A stretch of 64,000 nucleotides of DNA, taken from positions 42,739 to 106,738 of the forward strand of contig JBBCKI010000068.1 of the NCBI GenBank assembly GCA_037190965.1, given 5' to 3'. The notes under the pieces were generated by a model. It made no database searches. It was given only the letters and a program-made list of their open reading frames with translations, and was not told the origin of the DNA. Each line of letters opens with the position of its first letter. Within the stretch, counting starts at the first letter, position 1. Below, one piece after another: positions 48,320 through 57,740 of the stretch. This stretch comes from Chthoniobacteraceae bacterium. Its GTDB lineage: Bacteria; Verrucomicrobiota; Verrucomicrobiia; Chthoniobacterales; Chthoniobacteraceae. Made by a program: the position numbers and the translations under genes.

Positions 48320-50113
48320 ATGAACCTGCCGCATCGTTCGCCATCGACGAAGCCTTCACAGATCATCATCCTGGGCATGCACCGTTCCGGGACCTCCCTC
48401 GCCGGACAGATGCTCCAGGCTTTGGGGTTTCATATTGGTCCTGAAGATCAAGTCGTGAGCCCTAAAAAGGACAATCCGCTTGGATATTGGGAGCGCAGGG
48501 ATGTGACCCGGCTCAACGACAAAGTGTTTGCGGCCCAGGGGGTGACATGGGAACGGGTGGGCACATGGGGGCAGGAGAAACTTTCCGCTTCTTTCCTTGG
48601 CGAATTCGACGCCCGCGCCCGGGAGATCATTGCGGCTTATCCGGCGGGCAGCCCCTGGTTCATTAAAGATCCCCGCATGTGCATCACTCTGCCCTTGTGG
48701 GAGAAGCATCTGGAGAATCCCGTCTATCTCTTCGTTTATCGCGACCCGGTGGAGATCTCCCGCTCGCTCTGGAACCGTAACCAGCACCCTCCAAAACTGG
48801 TGATGGCTTTGTGGGAGCGATATCTATCGGACGCGCTCAATGCCACGAAAGGAAAGCGGCGGCTTCTGTTGCGGTATGCGGATTTGGTCGAGGATCCCAA
48901 GGCCGCGGTCTTCAATTTTGTCGCCGGGTTGCGACAGCTCGGCGTGGAGCCTCCCTGTACCCCCGAGAGCGCTCTTGAAAAGATTGAGGTGGATCGCACG
49001 CTTCGCCATCACCAGAGGGACTTTTTGAGGCTGGAAATTCCCTTCACAAAAAGTCAGGAGACGCTTAACGCCCGGGTTCGGGACGGCTCGGCTTTTGAGT
49101 GGGCCGGGGTGTTCGATGTTTCCGAAGCGAACCGCCGGATCATGCTCAGCCAGGAAACAATCGAAGCCGGGATCACCCGGGGTTCCGGCGTGACCTCCGC
49201 GGGGACAGAAACGTTTGCCCGGCTTTCCGAAGAATCGACCGAGGCGGTTTCGGAGCGGGCGGGTCGGATGTTGAAGAGCGGGCGCGATGTGTTCACGGAA
49301 CGGGGCTTGCAGGCGCTGGAAGCGCTGGAATCGATTCACCTGCTCAAAATCCACCTCAAGCGGGTTCATCCGGGGATCGATTTGGGAAGCGATTATGCGG
49401 TCGCCACCTTGTCGAACTGGTGCACTCAGGTTTTGCATTGGAATCCGCTTCAATCCAGTTTCCGCAAGACACGGCGAAGGCTGCTTGATTATTCGACCCG
49501 GCCCCCGGAGACGCTGCTTCAATCCATCCGGAGATCGGAGTTTGCGCACGGGGTGGAATGGGCAGAAAAATTCGTCGACGCGGGGAGCGCGACGGAATGC
49601 CTTCTGGGAGATCTCGTTCTTGGGCGTCTCCCGCTGTTGCCCAAGGTCACGGGCACCACGGGTGAAGGAGGCGAAGCCGAACTCGCGCTTGAGCTTGAGA
49701 GTTACCGAGCCTCCTTGCAGGAAAGCGCAAGACGAGTCAGAGAGGCATTGGGGCCTATCGCCGCCATGGCGCCTCATCTCGAGCCGTCACGCGGAGAGGC
49801 GCCGGAGCCTTTCAATGCCGATTCCGCCGTCATCTCAAAAAACAGGGATGCCGCGGCGCGGCTCCTCGATTGGGGGCTCCAGCTCTGCCAGCGGGTTCCG
49901 TTGAGCGCCACTCGCGGCAAGGCGGTGCGGGAGTTCACCGGTTACCAAAAGGCGGAAGGATCTCCTGAATTGTGGGATCGGGAACGGCTTCGCGGCATGG
50001 CTCCGGCCTTGAAAGCGGGCAAAGAGTGCCTGACGGCGCTTCTGGACGAGTTGGAGCAGGCGATCCGGGCGGCGGAGAAGATCGGGGCCGCCTTGAGTAT
50101 GGGCTGCGCTTGA
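48320..50113 (+). CDS. Sulfotransferase-family protein with helical C-terminal extension
   Basis: IILGMHRSGTS (PAPS loop), NPLGYWE, KDPR, R.P.E...SL and Y.DL..DP motifs. Confidence 0.88.
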   Translation: MNLPHRSPSTKPSQIIILGMHRSGTSLAGQMLQALGFHIGPEDQVVSPKKDNPLGYWERRDVTRLNDKVFAAQGVTWERVGTWGQEKLSASFLGEFDARAREIIAAYPAGSPWFIKDPRMCITLPLWEKHLENPVYLFVYRDPVEISRSLWNRNQHPPKLVMALWERYLSDALNATKGKRRLLLRYADLVEDPKAAVFNFVAGLRQLGVEPPCTPESALEKIEVDRTLRHHQRDFLRLEIPFTKSQETLNARVRDGSAFEWAGVFDVSEANRRIMLSQETIEAGITRGSGVTSAGTETFARLSEESTEAVSERAGRMLKSGRDVFTERGLQALEALESIHLLKIHLKRVHPGIDLGSDYAVATLSNWCTQVLHWNPLQSSFRKTRRRLLDYSTRPPETLLQSIRRSEFAHGVEWAEKFVDAGSATECLLGDLVLGRLPLLPKVTGTTGEGGEAELALELESYRASLQESARRVREALGPIAAMAPHLEPSRGEAPEPFNADSAVISKNRDAAARLLDWGLQLCQRVPLSATRGKAVREFTGYQKAEGSPELWDRERLRGMAPALKAGKECLTALLDELEQAIRAAEKIGAALSMGCA

Positions 50114-50193
50114 AGTTGCTCGCGACGGTCTTGCGCAACCCGGCTGAAACCCCGGGCTTGCCAGTAAGCTCGAGGTATGGCACACATGGACTG

Positions 50194-50772
50194 ATGCGTT
50201 CCCCCGCAACGATCCTTCTCTCTTTGAGCGCGCTGCTGCTCGGCGCGATCGGGTTCGTTCGTCCCGCTTCCGCGCAGGAGCAGGATCGCAAGCTGATCGA
50301 CCGGATCGACCGGCCCAACATGTCCCTGGATTTCGGCGCGCAGCAGAAATCTTTTTTTGGAGCCAAAAGCTTTCAGGGAGGCGGCAGCGCACGGGTGAAA
50401 GAGTTTTACTATGCCGAAAAGTTCAAGGCGAAGGACTTTTTGACGGGCGCGTATGCCGGGCAGAAAGGGGCCTGGATGGGCGATTTCAAATACAAAACCG
50501 GCGATGCCGATACCAAGGGGCGCGGCATGACGCAGAAGATCGTCAAAGAGCACGCCACCAAGGAGATGCCGGTGAAATCGAGCCGGGACGCCAGCAAGGA
50601 TTATTCGACGACCGAGACTTACGTCACGCGCATGAGCGATTTCAGGGGGAAGTCCCAGGATAAAATCGACGCCCAGGGGCCGGAGGCGATGCTCACGATC
50701 CAGCCCGACGGCACGTTTACGGAGTTGAAGACGATGGACGACATCCGTAACCTTCTGAATAAGAACAAATAG
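50194..50772 (+). CDS. Hypothetical secreted protein
   Basis: Signal peptide ending ASA; K/F-rich body; C-terminal DDIRNLLNK. Confidence 0.75.
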   Translation: MRSPATILLSLSALLLGAIGFVRPASAQEQDRKLIDRIDRPNMSLDFGAQQKSFFGAKSFQGGGSARVKEFYYAEKFKAKDFLTGAYAGQKGAWMGDFKYKTGDADTKGRGMTQKIVKEHATKEMPVKSSRDASKDYSTTETYVTRMSDFRGKSQDKIDAQGPEAMLTIQPDGTFTELKTMDDIRNLLNKNK

Positions 50773-50951
50773 CTTGGGTTCAGGGGGGCCGGGTCGATCC
50801 GGTGGACTCTCGCTTGACTCCCAATGGGGCTCATTTCATTTTTGAGTGATTCCCTTGCGCATTGTTTTTCTGGCCGCTAAAACGGCGATCCGCGTGAAAC
50901 CGCTTTCCGGAAAACCGGGGGGCTTGGCGCGGTATTATTTTTTATTCCGGC

Positions 50952-52127
50952 ATGACTCCCGAACAACAGCTTGAAATCCTGAAACGCGGCGCAGCGCAGA
51001 TCACCTCCGAAGCCGAACTGCTCGACAAACTCAGACTGGGCCGCCCGCTCAACGTCAAGCTGGGGGTTGACCCGACCGCTCCCGACATTCACCTCGGCTT
51101 CACCGTCGCGCTTCAGAAGCTGCGGCAATTTCAGGACCTCGGTCATACCGCCATCCTCATCATTGGCGACTTCACCGCGATGATTGGCGATCCGAGCGGC
51201 CGCTCCAAGACGCGCCCCCAGATCACGCACGATCAGGTGATGGAAAACGCCCGAAGCTTTCGCCAGCAGGCGTTCAAGATTCTCGACCCCGAGCGGACGA
51301 AGACCGTCTTCAACGGCGAGTGGCTTGAGATGATGACCTTCGAGGAAGTCATCAAGCTTAACAGCCGCGTGACCGTGCAGCAGATGCTCCAGCGCGAAGA
51401 CTTTCGCAAGCGGATCGAGCGCGAAGAATCGATCCGCCTGCACGAGATCCAGTACCCGATCATCCAGGGGTGGGATTCCGTGAAGGTCAAGGCCGACGTC
51501 GAGATCGGCGGGACGGACCAGCTTTTCAACATCCTCGTGGGGCGCGATCTTCAGAAGGAAGAAGGGATGCCTCAGCAGGTCGTCTTCCTCATGCCGCTGC
51601 TGGAAGGGCTCGACGGGGTGCAGAAGATGAGCAAGAGCTTGGGCAACTATGTCGGCGTCAGCGAAGCGCCCGATTCGATGTTCGGCAAGCTGATGAGCAT
51701 CTCCGACACGCTCATGGAGCGGTACTACCTCCTCCTGCTGGGTGAGGAGATGCCTCAGATCCACCCGATGGATGCAAAGAAGCAACTCGCCTTCCGCATC
51801 GTCGAGCGTTACCACTCGCGCGAAGCCGCCCAGGCCGCGCTCGACGAGTTCAATACTCGTTTTTCCAAAAAAGATCTCGCGCAGGCCGATCTCCCCGAGG
51901 TGAAACTCGACGCCGAAGCCGCCGCGAACATCGTCTCCGCCGTTGTCGCCGCCTATGCCCAGGCGTTTAACCTCACCAAATCGCGCGGCGACGCGCGGCG
52001 TCTGGTGGAGCAGGGGAGCATCCAGTGGGAAGGCGAGAAGGTCACCGATCCCAAAGCCTCGCCAACTTTCGCGGCAGGCGGCGTGCTCAAGCTCGATAAA
52101 ACGCGGGCGGTGCGGGTATTGGCGTAA
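50952..52127 (+). CDS. tyrS: Tyrosine--tRNA ligase
   Basis: GVDPTAPDIHLG, GGTDQ.FN and KMSKS motifs; S4-like C-terminus. Confidence 0.97.
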   Translation: MTPEQQLEILKRGAAQITSEAELLDKLRLGRPLNVKLGVDPTAPDIHLGFTVALQKLRQFQDLGHTAILIIGDFTAMIGDPSGRSKTRPQITHDQVMENARSFRQQAFKILDPERTKTVFNGEWLEMMTFEEVIKLNSRVTVQQMLQREDFRKRIEREESIRLHEIQYPIIQGWDSVKVKADVEIGGTDQLFNILVGRDLQKEEGMPQQVVFLMPLLEGLDGVQKMSKSLGNYVGVSEAPDSMFGKLMSISDTLMERYYLLLLGEEMPQIHPMDAKKQLAFRIVERYHSREAAQAALDEFNTRFSKKDLAQADLPEVKLDAEAAANIVSAVVAAYAQAFNLTKSRGDARRLVEQGSIQWEGEKVTDPKASPTFAAGGVLKLDKTRAVRVLA

Positions 52128-52135
52128 AGGCGCGA

Positions 52136-52171
52136 AGAAAATAAGGCCCGCCCCGGTTTCCCAGGGCGGGC
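52136..52171. terminator. Terminator hairpin between convergent tyrS and the GH172 gene
   Basis: gcccgccc/gggcgggc stem with an A-rich tract on the left. Confidence 0.65.
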
Positions 52172-52188
52172 TGTCTCAATCTCGGTTT

Positions 52189-53310
52189 TTAAATAACCTC
52201 CAGGCTATCTTTGTCCGGGAGGAGCGGGAACGGGGCGTGCGGTTCGCTTTGATACCAATAGGCCACCGAGGCGATATCGTCTTGCAGCGGCAGGTAGCGA
52301 CCTTTCCGCCACCCGAGCGCTTGGATCGTGAGGCGAAGATCTTCCTCAAAGCGTACCGGGTCCATGATGTGCCAGCGATACATGCCGAAACGTGTCTGCG
52401 ATTGGTAGACGCCATCGGGCCGGATCACTTGAGGAAGACCGGCGTAGGGGGTGGTGAATTCCTGGTATTGCTTGGTTTCCCGGTTTTCGAAATTGTAGGA
52501 GCCGCAAAAATAGTCCTCTGTTCCCGTTCCGCAGATCGTCGGGAATGCCTTGTCTCCGTCCATGTAGAATTTGATTTCGCCTTCTCCCCACCAGCCGTTG
52601 TTGTTGACGCCCCAAGCCATGTAGGTCCCTGCGTAATGTCCCCAGCCTTGCACCCCGTCAAGGATGGTATAGACCTCCTTGTAAGGAAGCGGGTTCACCC
52701 GTCGAAACTGCGCGTGGAAATAAGCCGCATCCTCCGGCACCTCATCAAGGGCGTAGTTGATTTGATAGTAGATTGTTGCAGGTTCTTCCGAGAGGTTCTC
52801 CAGGGTGATGCGGCATCGTTTCCGGAAGGGCATTGGCCAATAGCAGTTAAAGGCGCTGCCGGGGTTCACGCAGACTGGCAGTGAGACAATGGGTGCAAAT
52901 TTTCCCCACCCACAGGCAAAAAAATCACCCACCGGGCATTCGACCGAGGGCGTCTTTTCGTCGTCCCAGAAAAACCGGAGGATGAGATGCCGCCAGTTGC
53001 CGGTGGGCGTTAACCAGATTTGCTGGATTACACCGGGGCCCTCGACATCCATGAGCGTTGTGGTGGTCCGGGGTTGCACCTTGATCAGTGGGCGAACCTT
53101 CCAGCCCTGGCCCAGGTCCCGCGCACAGTCGTAAGGACCGATCCATTCCTGCCCAATACGCGCGACCTCCTCTTGTGGCTCGACCGTCAGGTCCGCCATG
53201 CCGCCTTTGCCTTTTTCACCATAGACGTTTTCCGGCGAGACGGAGCGTGTTTTTGCCCGGCTGAGAATGGGGAGAGAGCCGAGCGACATTGCAAAAGAGT
53301 GTAGATTCAT
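52189..53310 (-). CDS. DUF2961/GH172 glycoside hydrolase
   Basis: SPEN..GEKG.GG, GPG.I..IW.T, P.GDFF, WWGEGE and GTGTEDYF motifs. Confidence 0.92.
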   Translation of the reverse strand: MNLHSFAMSLGSLPILSRAKTRSVSPENVYGEKGKGGMADLTVEPQEEVARIGQEWIGPYDCARDLGQGWKVRPLIKVQPRTTTTLMDVEGPGVIQQIWLTPTGNWRHLILRFFWDDEKTPSVECPVGDFFACGWGKFAPIVSLPVCVNPGSAFNCYWPMPFRKRCRITLENLSEEPATIYYQINYALDEVPEDAAYFHAQFRRVNPLPYKEVYTILDGVQGWGHYAGTYMAWGVNNNGWWGEGEIKFYMDGDKAFPTICGTGTEDYFCGSYNFENRETKQYQEFTTPYAGLPQVIRPDGVYQSQTRFGMYRWHIMDPVRFEEDLRLTIQALGWRKGRYLPLQDDIASVAYWYQSEPHAPFPLLPDKDSLEVI

Positions 53311-53399
53311 AAGTTCAAGGGTCGGGCTCGAGTATTCGAAACGACAGCGCCTTTTCCAATGGAAGTTCAGCGGAGGAATTTGTATTATCTTCGGAATTG

Positions 53400-54203
53400 A
53401 TGAAGCCGCTAAGACGATTCTTTTCCGAGCCCCCCTTGGATAGTTCGCGTCTTCGGATCAGGGGATTTGCCGTTCGGGAGCCGATGAAGCGTGGTTACGT
53501 CAATCGCCCGCAGGGGACCGGTGACTACCTATGCATGTTTTTTTATACGCCGGTCCGCGCGGGGTGTTCGGATCAAGCCGAATGGATCGAGGGAGGAACC
53601 CTCATGGTTTGGGGGCCCGGTGATTACCAGTTTTATGGTAATCACCGCGCGGAGTATCTGCATACGTGGCTTCACTGTGACGGCAGATTGATGAATCGGC
53701 TGCTGGGCGGTTCAGTCCCATTGCGAACGCCGCTTTTCCTGGGCTCCGCGTCGGCCTTCGAAAGACTCGTTGCCGGTCTCGACGAGGAGATTTCTTCTCA
53801 CTTGTCACCCGACGCAATCATCGTCGAAAATCTTCTCGAGAACTGGATTCGAGACCTTGGGCGTCGGCTTTCAGGAGCCATGCGGCCTTCCCCGGAGCGT
53901 CTGACGCGGGTTCGCGATTTTATTGATTCAAACTTCAGCAAAGATCTTACCCTCGGTCAATTGGCGCGAATGGCGAACTGGTCGAATGCGCATTTCACTG
54001 AAGAGTTTCGCAAGCATTTTGGCGCTTCGCCGATCGACTATGTCATTCGCCAGCGGATGCATCGTGCCGCCTATCTATTGATGGATATCAACCAGACGGT
54101 GACGGAAGTGGGGCGGATGGTTGGGTATGAGGATCTCTACCATTTCTCAAAACTCTTCAAACGCCACATGGGCGTATCACCCCGGGGGGCGCGGAAGATA
54201 TAA
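53400..54203 (+). CDS. AraC-family regulator, divergent from the GH172 gene
   Basis: Cupin N-terminus; F...F+..G.SP and VGY.D..HFS+.FK...G.SP motifs. Confidence 0.93.
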   Translation: MKPLRRFFSEPPLDSSRLRIRGFAVREPMKRGYVNRPQGTGDYLCMFFYTPVRAGCSDQAEWIEGGTLMVWGPGDYQFYGNHRAEYLHTWLHCDGRLMNRLLGGSVPLRTPLFLGSASAFERLVAGLDEEISSHLSPDAIIVENLLENWIRDLGRRLSGAMRPSPERLTRVRDFIDSNFSKDLTLGQLARMANWSNAHFTEEFRKHFGASPIDYVIRQRMHRAAYLLMDINQTVTEVGRMVGYEDLYHFSKLFKRHMGVSPRGARKI

Positions 54204-54229
54204 CCATTGGACGAGCCAAGGTGGTTTGC

Positions 54230-56464
54230 TCACGTCCCGGGCGGACTACCTGGTTGTCGCATCTGAGCGGGCGGGCGAAGCACGAGCTCACCGAGATCGA
54301 TGACAGTTGGAGACTCCGCGTCGATCCTGAAACGCCGCTCGATGCCTTCAAAGTCGGCCCACTTGGGGGCATGGCCCGTGAAGCGTGCGATGCGTTCTTT
54401 CTGTTCGGCGCTGGATGGGATTTGAAAGATGTATTCGCCCAGCGGAAGACCTCGCAATTGGCGGCTTTCATGGTCGAAATAATCGTGCCAATTGATTTCT
54501 TTCCCATCGCGGAGGAGAACGCGTTGATAGGTGTCCGGGTTGGAGCCATCCGGCATGACGATGCTCAATTGCACGTCCGCTCCCGGTTCGAGTTTTACAT
54601 CGAAGACATCACCGTCAATCGCGACCGCATTCGCCCGATAGGCGGCAGCGCCGGGAACTCGGATTTCGATCCGATAGCTCCCCGGTTGAATGGCCGCCAA
54701 ACGAATGCGGTCGGCTGTGGGGACCTCGAATGAAGTGGCGGGGTTGCCGAGGGTAAGAGCCTGAGGATCGGAATAACGAAAGATCACGGAGACTGAATCC
54801 GCGCCCGGCGTGACTTTGGGAGGATAGGTCAAATGAAGTTCGAGCGGCTTGGTTTCAACTTCAACGGGGTGTGTCTCGTCGAGCTTCCCGGGTGCCGGGA
54901 TCGCTAGCAGGAAGACTGGATCCTTTGGCGATTGCCCGGGTGGGGTCGTCAAAAAGAGGGCCTCTATCTTGCGGGTTGGGTCCAGGAAATACTCGCGCGC
55001 AATATCGATTCCGCCGTCCGGCCCGGTAGTCACATTTTCGGCCGGTCCGAATTTGTTGACGCTCCAAATCAAGGTCTTCCCGGCAAAGGGCATCCCATTG
55101 ATCCGAATATCGAACTTGACCGGAGGCTGTTGGGGAGGGAGTTCAACAGTTTCACCCATGGCCTCAAGCGCTTTGGCGGCGCTTTCGGTGACCTTTTTCG
55201 AGGGGTGCTTCAGCAGCCGTAACAAGGTTGGTTTGCCTTCAGGGCGGCGTAGCCCACTGCGAAGGACTTCGACAACGGTTTTGGCGGTTTCAAAGGAGGC
55301 TTTGGGCCCGGAAATTTCGTCGAAAAAGCGGAAGATCTCCTTTTGAGTATCATCGTCGAGACTGCGTTCGTTGCCGGGGGAAAAAGCTCCCGCCCCTTCG
55401 ATGCGATCCAGGAGGGTCGCGAGGGTCCGGATGTAATCAGGCTGGGCATCGGGTTTTGCCAGCCGCGCGATTTCGATAAGAAACTTCGCGCATCGCGTTG
55501 AGCGATAGGCGCTCAGGTTGCCCAGAAGCTCCCGGCGTTGCGGGAAAAAAAGCGGGTGATTCTGGCGATAGGCGGGCTCTTGCGACAGCTCGATATCGTG
55601 GGCCGCAAGGGCGCCCGCGAAAAGCCGCTCCGCGTCGAGCCCGAGAATAGCAAGGAGTCTTTCCGGGTGCAAATAACCGCTGTTAAAAGAGTGGCCCCAA
55701 TTCTCAAGATAAAGCGCGGCTCCCGCGGCCTCCGCATATCGTTGCTCGCGGATGGAGGCCAGGAACACCATTACCGAAGTGGGTTCGAAAAATGTACTCC
55801 CGATCACGCACCCGCCATCCCATTGATAATCCAGAAAATCTTCCGGATTTACCTTGGCGCGACCAAGCAGCAGATCATCCACCAGCCGCCAATAGGAAGA
55901 CTTATGGGCATTGTAACCGCGCGGTTTATCGGTTGAGCGCCGGGCTATCGCTTCATCCCTGATCGTTGCGAAGGGAACCTGTATCGATAGATATTCGCGC
56001 CATGCCGATGCCAGTTCCTCGGGAACTTCCTTGGGGATCTCGACTTGCGGCGAGGCGTCTTGCACGAAGCTCGGGCGAATGGGCGGTTTGGCCTTCAATC
56101 GGTCGACCTCGCGGCGGATGAAGAGATCGGCGAGATTCCGGTAAACCCAGTCCCGGGAGAACGACTCCACGGGAATTCGGGAGAAAATACGAACCAATGC
56201 GTCGTAGTGCGAGACATCCGCTTTTGCGCATACCTGTGCAAATCGACTCGTAAACGCGGCGTCCAGCTTTTCCGGGTCTTTGGAGGCGGCGTTCTGCATG
56301 CGCTCCAGCAGGCGAATGCCTTGGCTCGCATCCTTTTGATCGATCGCGCTCCAGTCAATAGGCGGTTCCGGATCCCGGCTTCCGATCTTCCCGGAGGATT
56401 CAACGACTGAAGCGAGTCCCGAGAGGGACGACAGCGCCACGAACATTCCAACGAACCGGAGCAT
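54230..56464 (-). CDS. Hypothetical exported protein (helical N-domain, HEAT-like repeat, beta-sandwich C-terminus)
   Basis: Long ORF with a signal-like start (alternative start 56518); HEAT-like LLKHPSKKVTESAAKALEAMG; QPGSYRIE and GLPLGEY carboxypeptidase-regulatory-like strands. Confidence 0.75.
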   Translation of the reverse strand: MLRFVGMFVALSSLSGLASVVESSGKIGSRDPEPPIDWSAIDQKDASQGIRLLERMQNAASKDPEKLDAAFTSRFAQVCAKADVSHYDALVRIFSRIPVESFSRDWVYRNLADLFIRREVDRLKAKPPIRPSFVQDASPQVEIPKEVPEELASAWREYLSIQVPFATIRDEAIARRSTDKPRGYNAHKSSYWRLVDDLLLGRAKVNPEDFLDYQWDGGCVIGSTFFEPTSVMVFLASIREQRYAEAAGAALYLENWGHSFNSGYLHPERLLAILGLDAERLFAGALAAHDIELSQEPAYRQNHPLFFPQRRELLGNLSAYRSTRCAKFLIEIARLAKPDAQPDYIRTLATLLDRIEGAGAFSPGNERSLDDDTQKEIFRFFDEISGPKASFETAKTVVEVLRSGLRRPEGKPTLLRLLKHPSKKVTESAAKALEAMGETVELPPQQPPVKFDIRINGMPFAGKTLIWSVNKFGPAENVTTGPDGGIDIAREYFLDPTRKIEALFLTTPPGQSPKDPVFLLAIPAPGKLDETHPVEVETKPLELHLTYPPKVTPGADSVSVIFRYSDPQALTLGNPATSFEVPTADRIRLAAIQPGSYRIEIRVPGAAAYRANAVAIDGDVFDVKLEPGADVQLSIVMPDGSNPDTYQRVLLRDGKEINWHDYFDHESRQLRGLPLGEYIFQIPSSAEQKERIARFTGHAPKWADFEGIERRFRIDAESPTVIDLGELVLRPPAQMRQPGSPPGT

Positions 56465-56577
56465 TTCGTGAAAGTAGCGAGGGGCTGGAGAAATCCAACC
56501 GAAATCGAATCCGTTCATTTAGCGAAAGGCTCTTAAAAACTGAGCAGCGACGGACGAGCATCGCTGCCCCCCGAAAG

Positions 56578-57708
56578 TTATCGCAAGGTCGCTTCCCTTG
56601 ACTCCACGGGATTCGGCGTGGAGGAGAACCAGTTTGAAAAGAAACCCCGCTTGCCACGGCTTTCCTGAAGCTCCCTAAGGGGAGCAATGGCCTGAACAAA
56701 ATATTCGGTCCCAACTTGATGGGAAACCAGCCGTTCAATCTCGATCAGATACTTCAACGCCTGTTCGGGCTGGTTCCGGTCGATTAATCTTAACAGGTCC
56801 GAACGCGAGAGGTGCTGATTGCAGTACCCAATATCGCGAGCCGCGAGCGTACCCGCGATGAGTTTGCCTCCGTCAATTCCGCATAGCGTGAGAAACTCCC
56901 GACGTTGTGCATTAAAGCGTTCGGAAGAGCTTTCTTCCGCCGATGTCGTGACGGCCAGGGCTGCGCCTACAGCCTCGGCATAGCGCTTCTCATGCACCAA
57001 TGCGAAGAAGATCATCGCCGTGTGCGATTCGTAGAACGCGTCCGAGCCGGTACCGCACCAGCTGTCCCAATGAAAGGCCAGAAGCTCATCGGCGCCCCCG
57101 TTCGGCTGATCGAGCAGAAAGCGATCCACGGTCTTCCAATAGAGAGGCCCATTGGTTTGAAAGTCGATTCGCTGTTTTTCGGCCGCCGCCTTGCGAGTTT
57201 CGTTGAAGGGAACCAACGCCGAGAGAGCAAAGCGCGATGCCGTTGCCAATGAGGGACTCATTTCCTTCTGCCATTTCAATGACGGCAAATCCTGCTCGGG
57301 AAATTTTAGGAGAGGCGGCGTTGCCCGCAACTGAACCAACTCGCGTTCCATGATCAGCGTTAAGACAGGCGGCAAAGTATGGTAGCGATCGGGAGAATCC
57401 AGCGGGATCGAGGCAAAAAGCTGAGCCAGGCCTCCGACTTGGGAACTTTCTGCCCTTAAGCACGCGAGCTGGAAGAGGCTTGCGAAATAGTAAGAAGGTG
57501 TTCCTTTGGCCTCAACCTGAATGTGACGCAGTAGGCGGATGAGATCCTCTGCACTCAGCGATGAGGACTCTTCCAAAGCCACCTCCTGCAAGACCGCATC
57601 TTCAAAAGCCTTTCCCCGGAGATCAAGGATTGCCTCGACCCCGGTATTGCCCGGAAGGCATCCCGTCAACATAAGCAGAGCGGCAATCAATCCGGTAAGC
57701 CGGAGCAT
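56578..57708 (-). CDS. Hypothetical lipoprotein, paralog of the downstream gene's N-domain
   Basis: Lipobox LMLTGC; shares YW..VD..LL, WD..C..G and E.RYAEA.GAAL with 54230-56464. Confidence 0.75.
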   Translation of the reverse strand: MLRLTGLIAALLMLTGCLPGNTGVEAILDLRGKAFEDAVLQEVALEESSSLSAEDLIRLLRHIQVEAKGTPSYYFASLFQLACLRAESSQVGGLAQLFASIPLDSPDRYHTLPPVLTLIMERELVQLRATPPLLKFPEQDLPSLKWQKEMSPSLATASRFALSALVPFNETRKAAAEKQRIDFQTNGPLYWKTVDRFLLDQPNGGADELLAFHWDSWCGTGSDAFYESHTAMIFFALVHEKRYAEAVGAALAVTTSAEESSSERFNAQRREFLTLCGIDGGKLIAGTLAARDIGYCNQHLSRSDLLRLIDRNQPEQALKYLIEIERLVSHQVGTEYFVQAIAPLRELQESRGKRGFFSNWFSSTPNPVESREATLR

Positions 57709-57740
57709 CCGCTCAGAATAGCTGGATGCAGGGGGAAACT

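Noticed and set aside
50773..50951. T-box leader upstream of tyrS
   Set aside because: No GGTGGNACCGCG T-box sequence and no terminator/antiterminator arrangement.
56400..56738. Frameshift fusing the two paralogous genes
   Set aside because: The bridging ORF has no similarity to either protein, the downstream gene has its own signal-like start, and a hairpin separates them.
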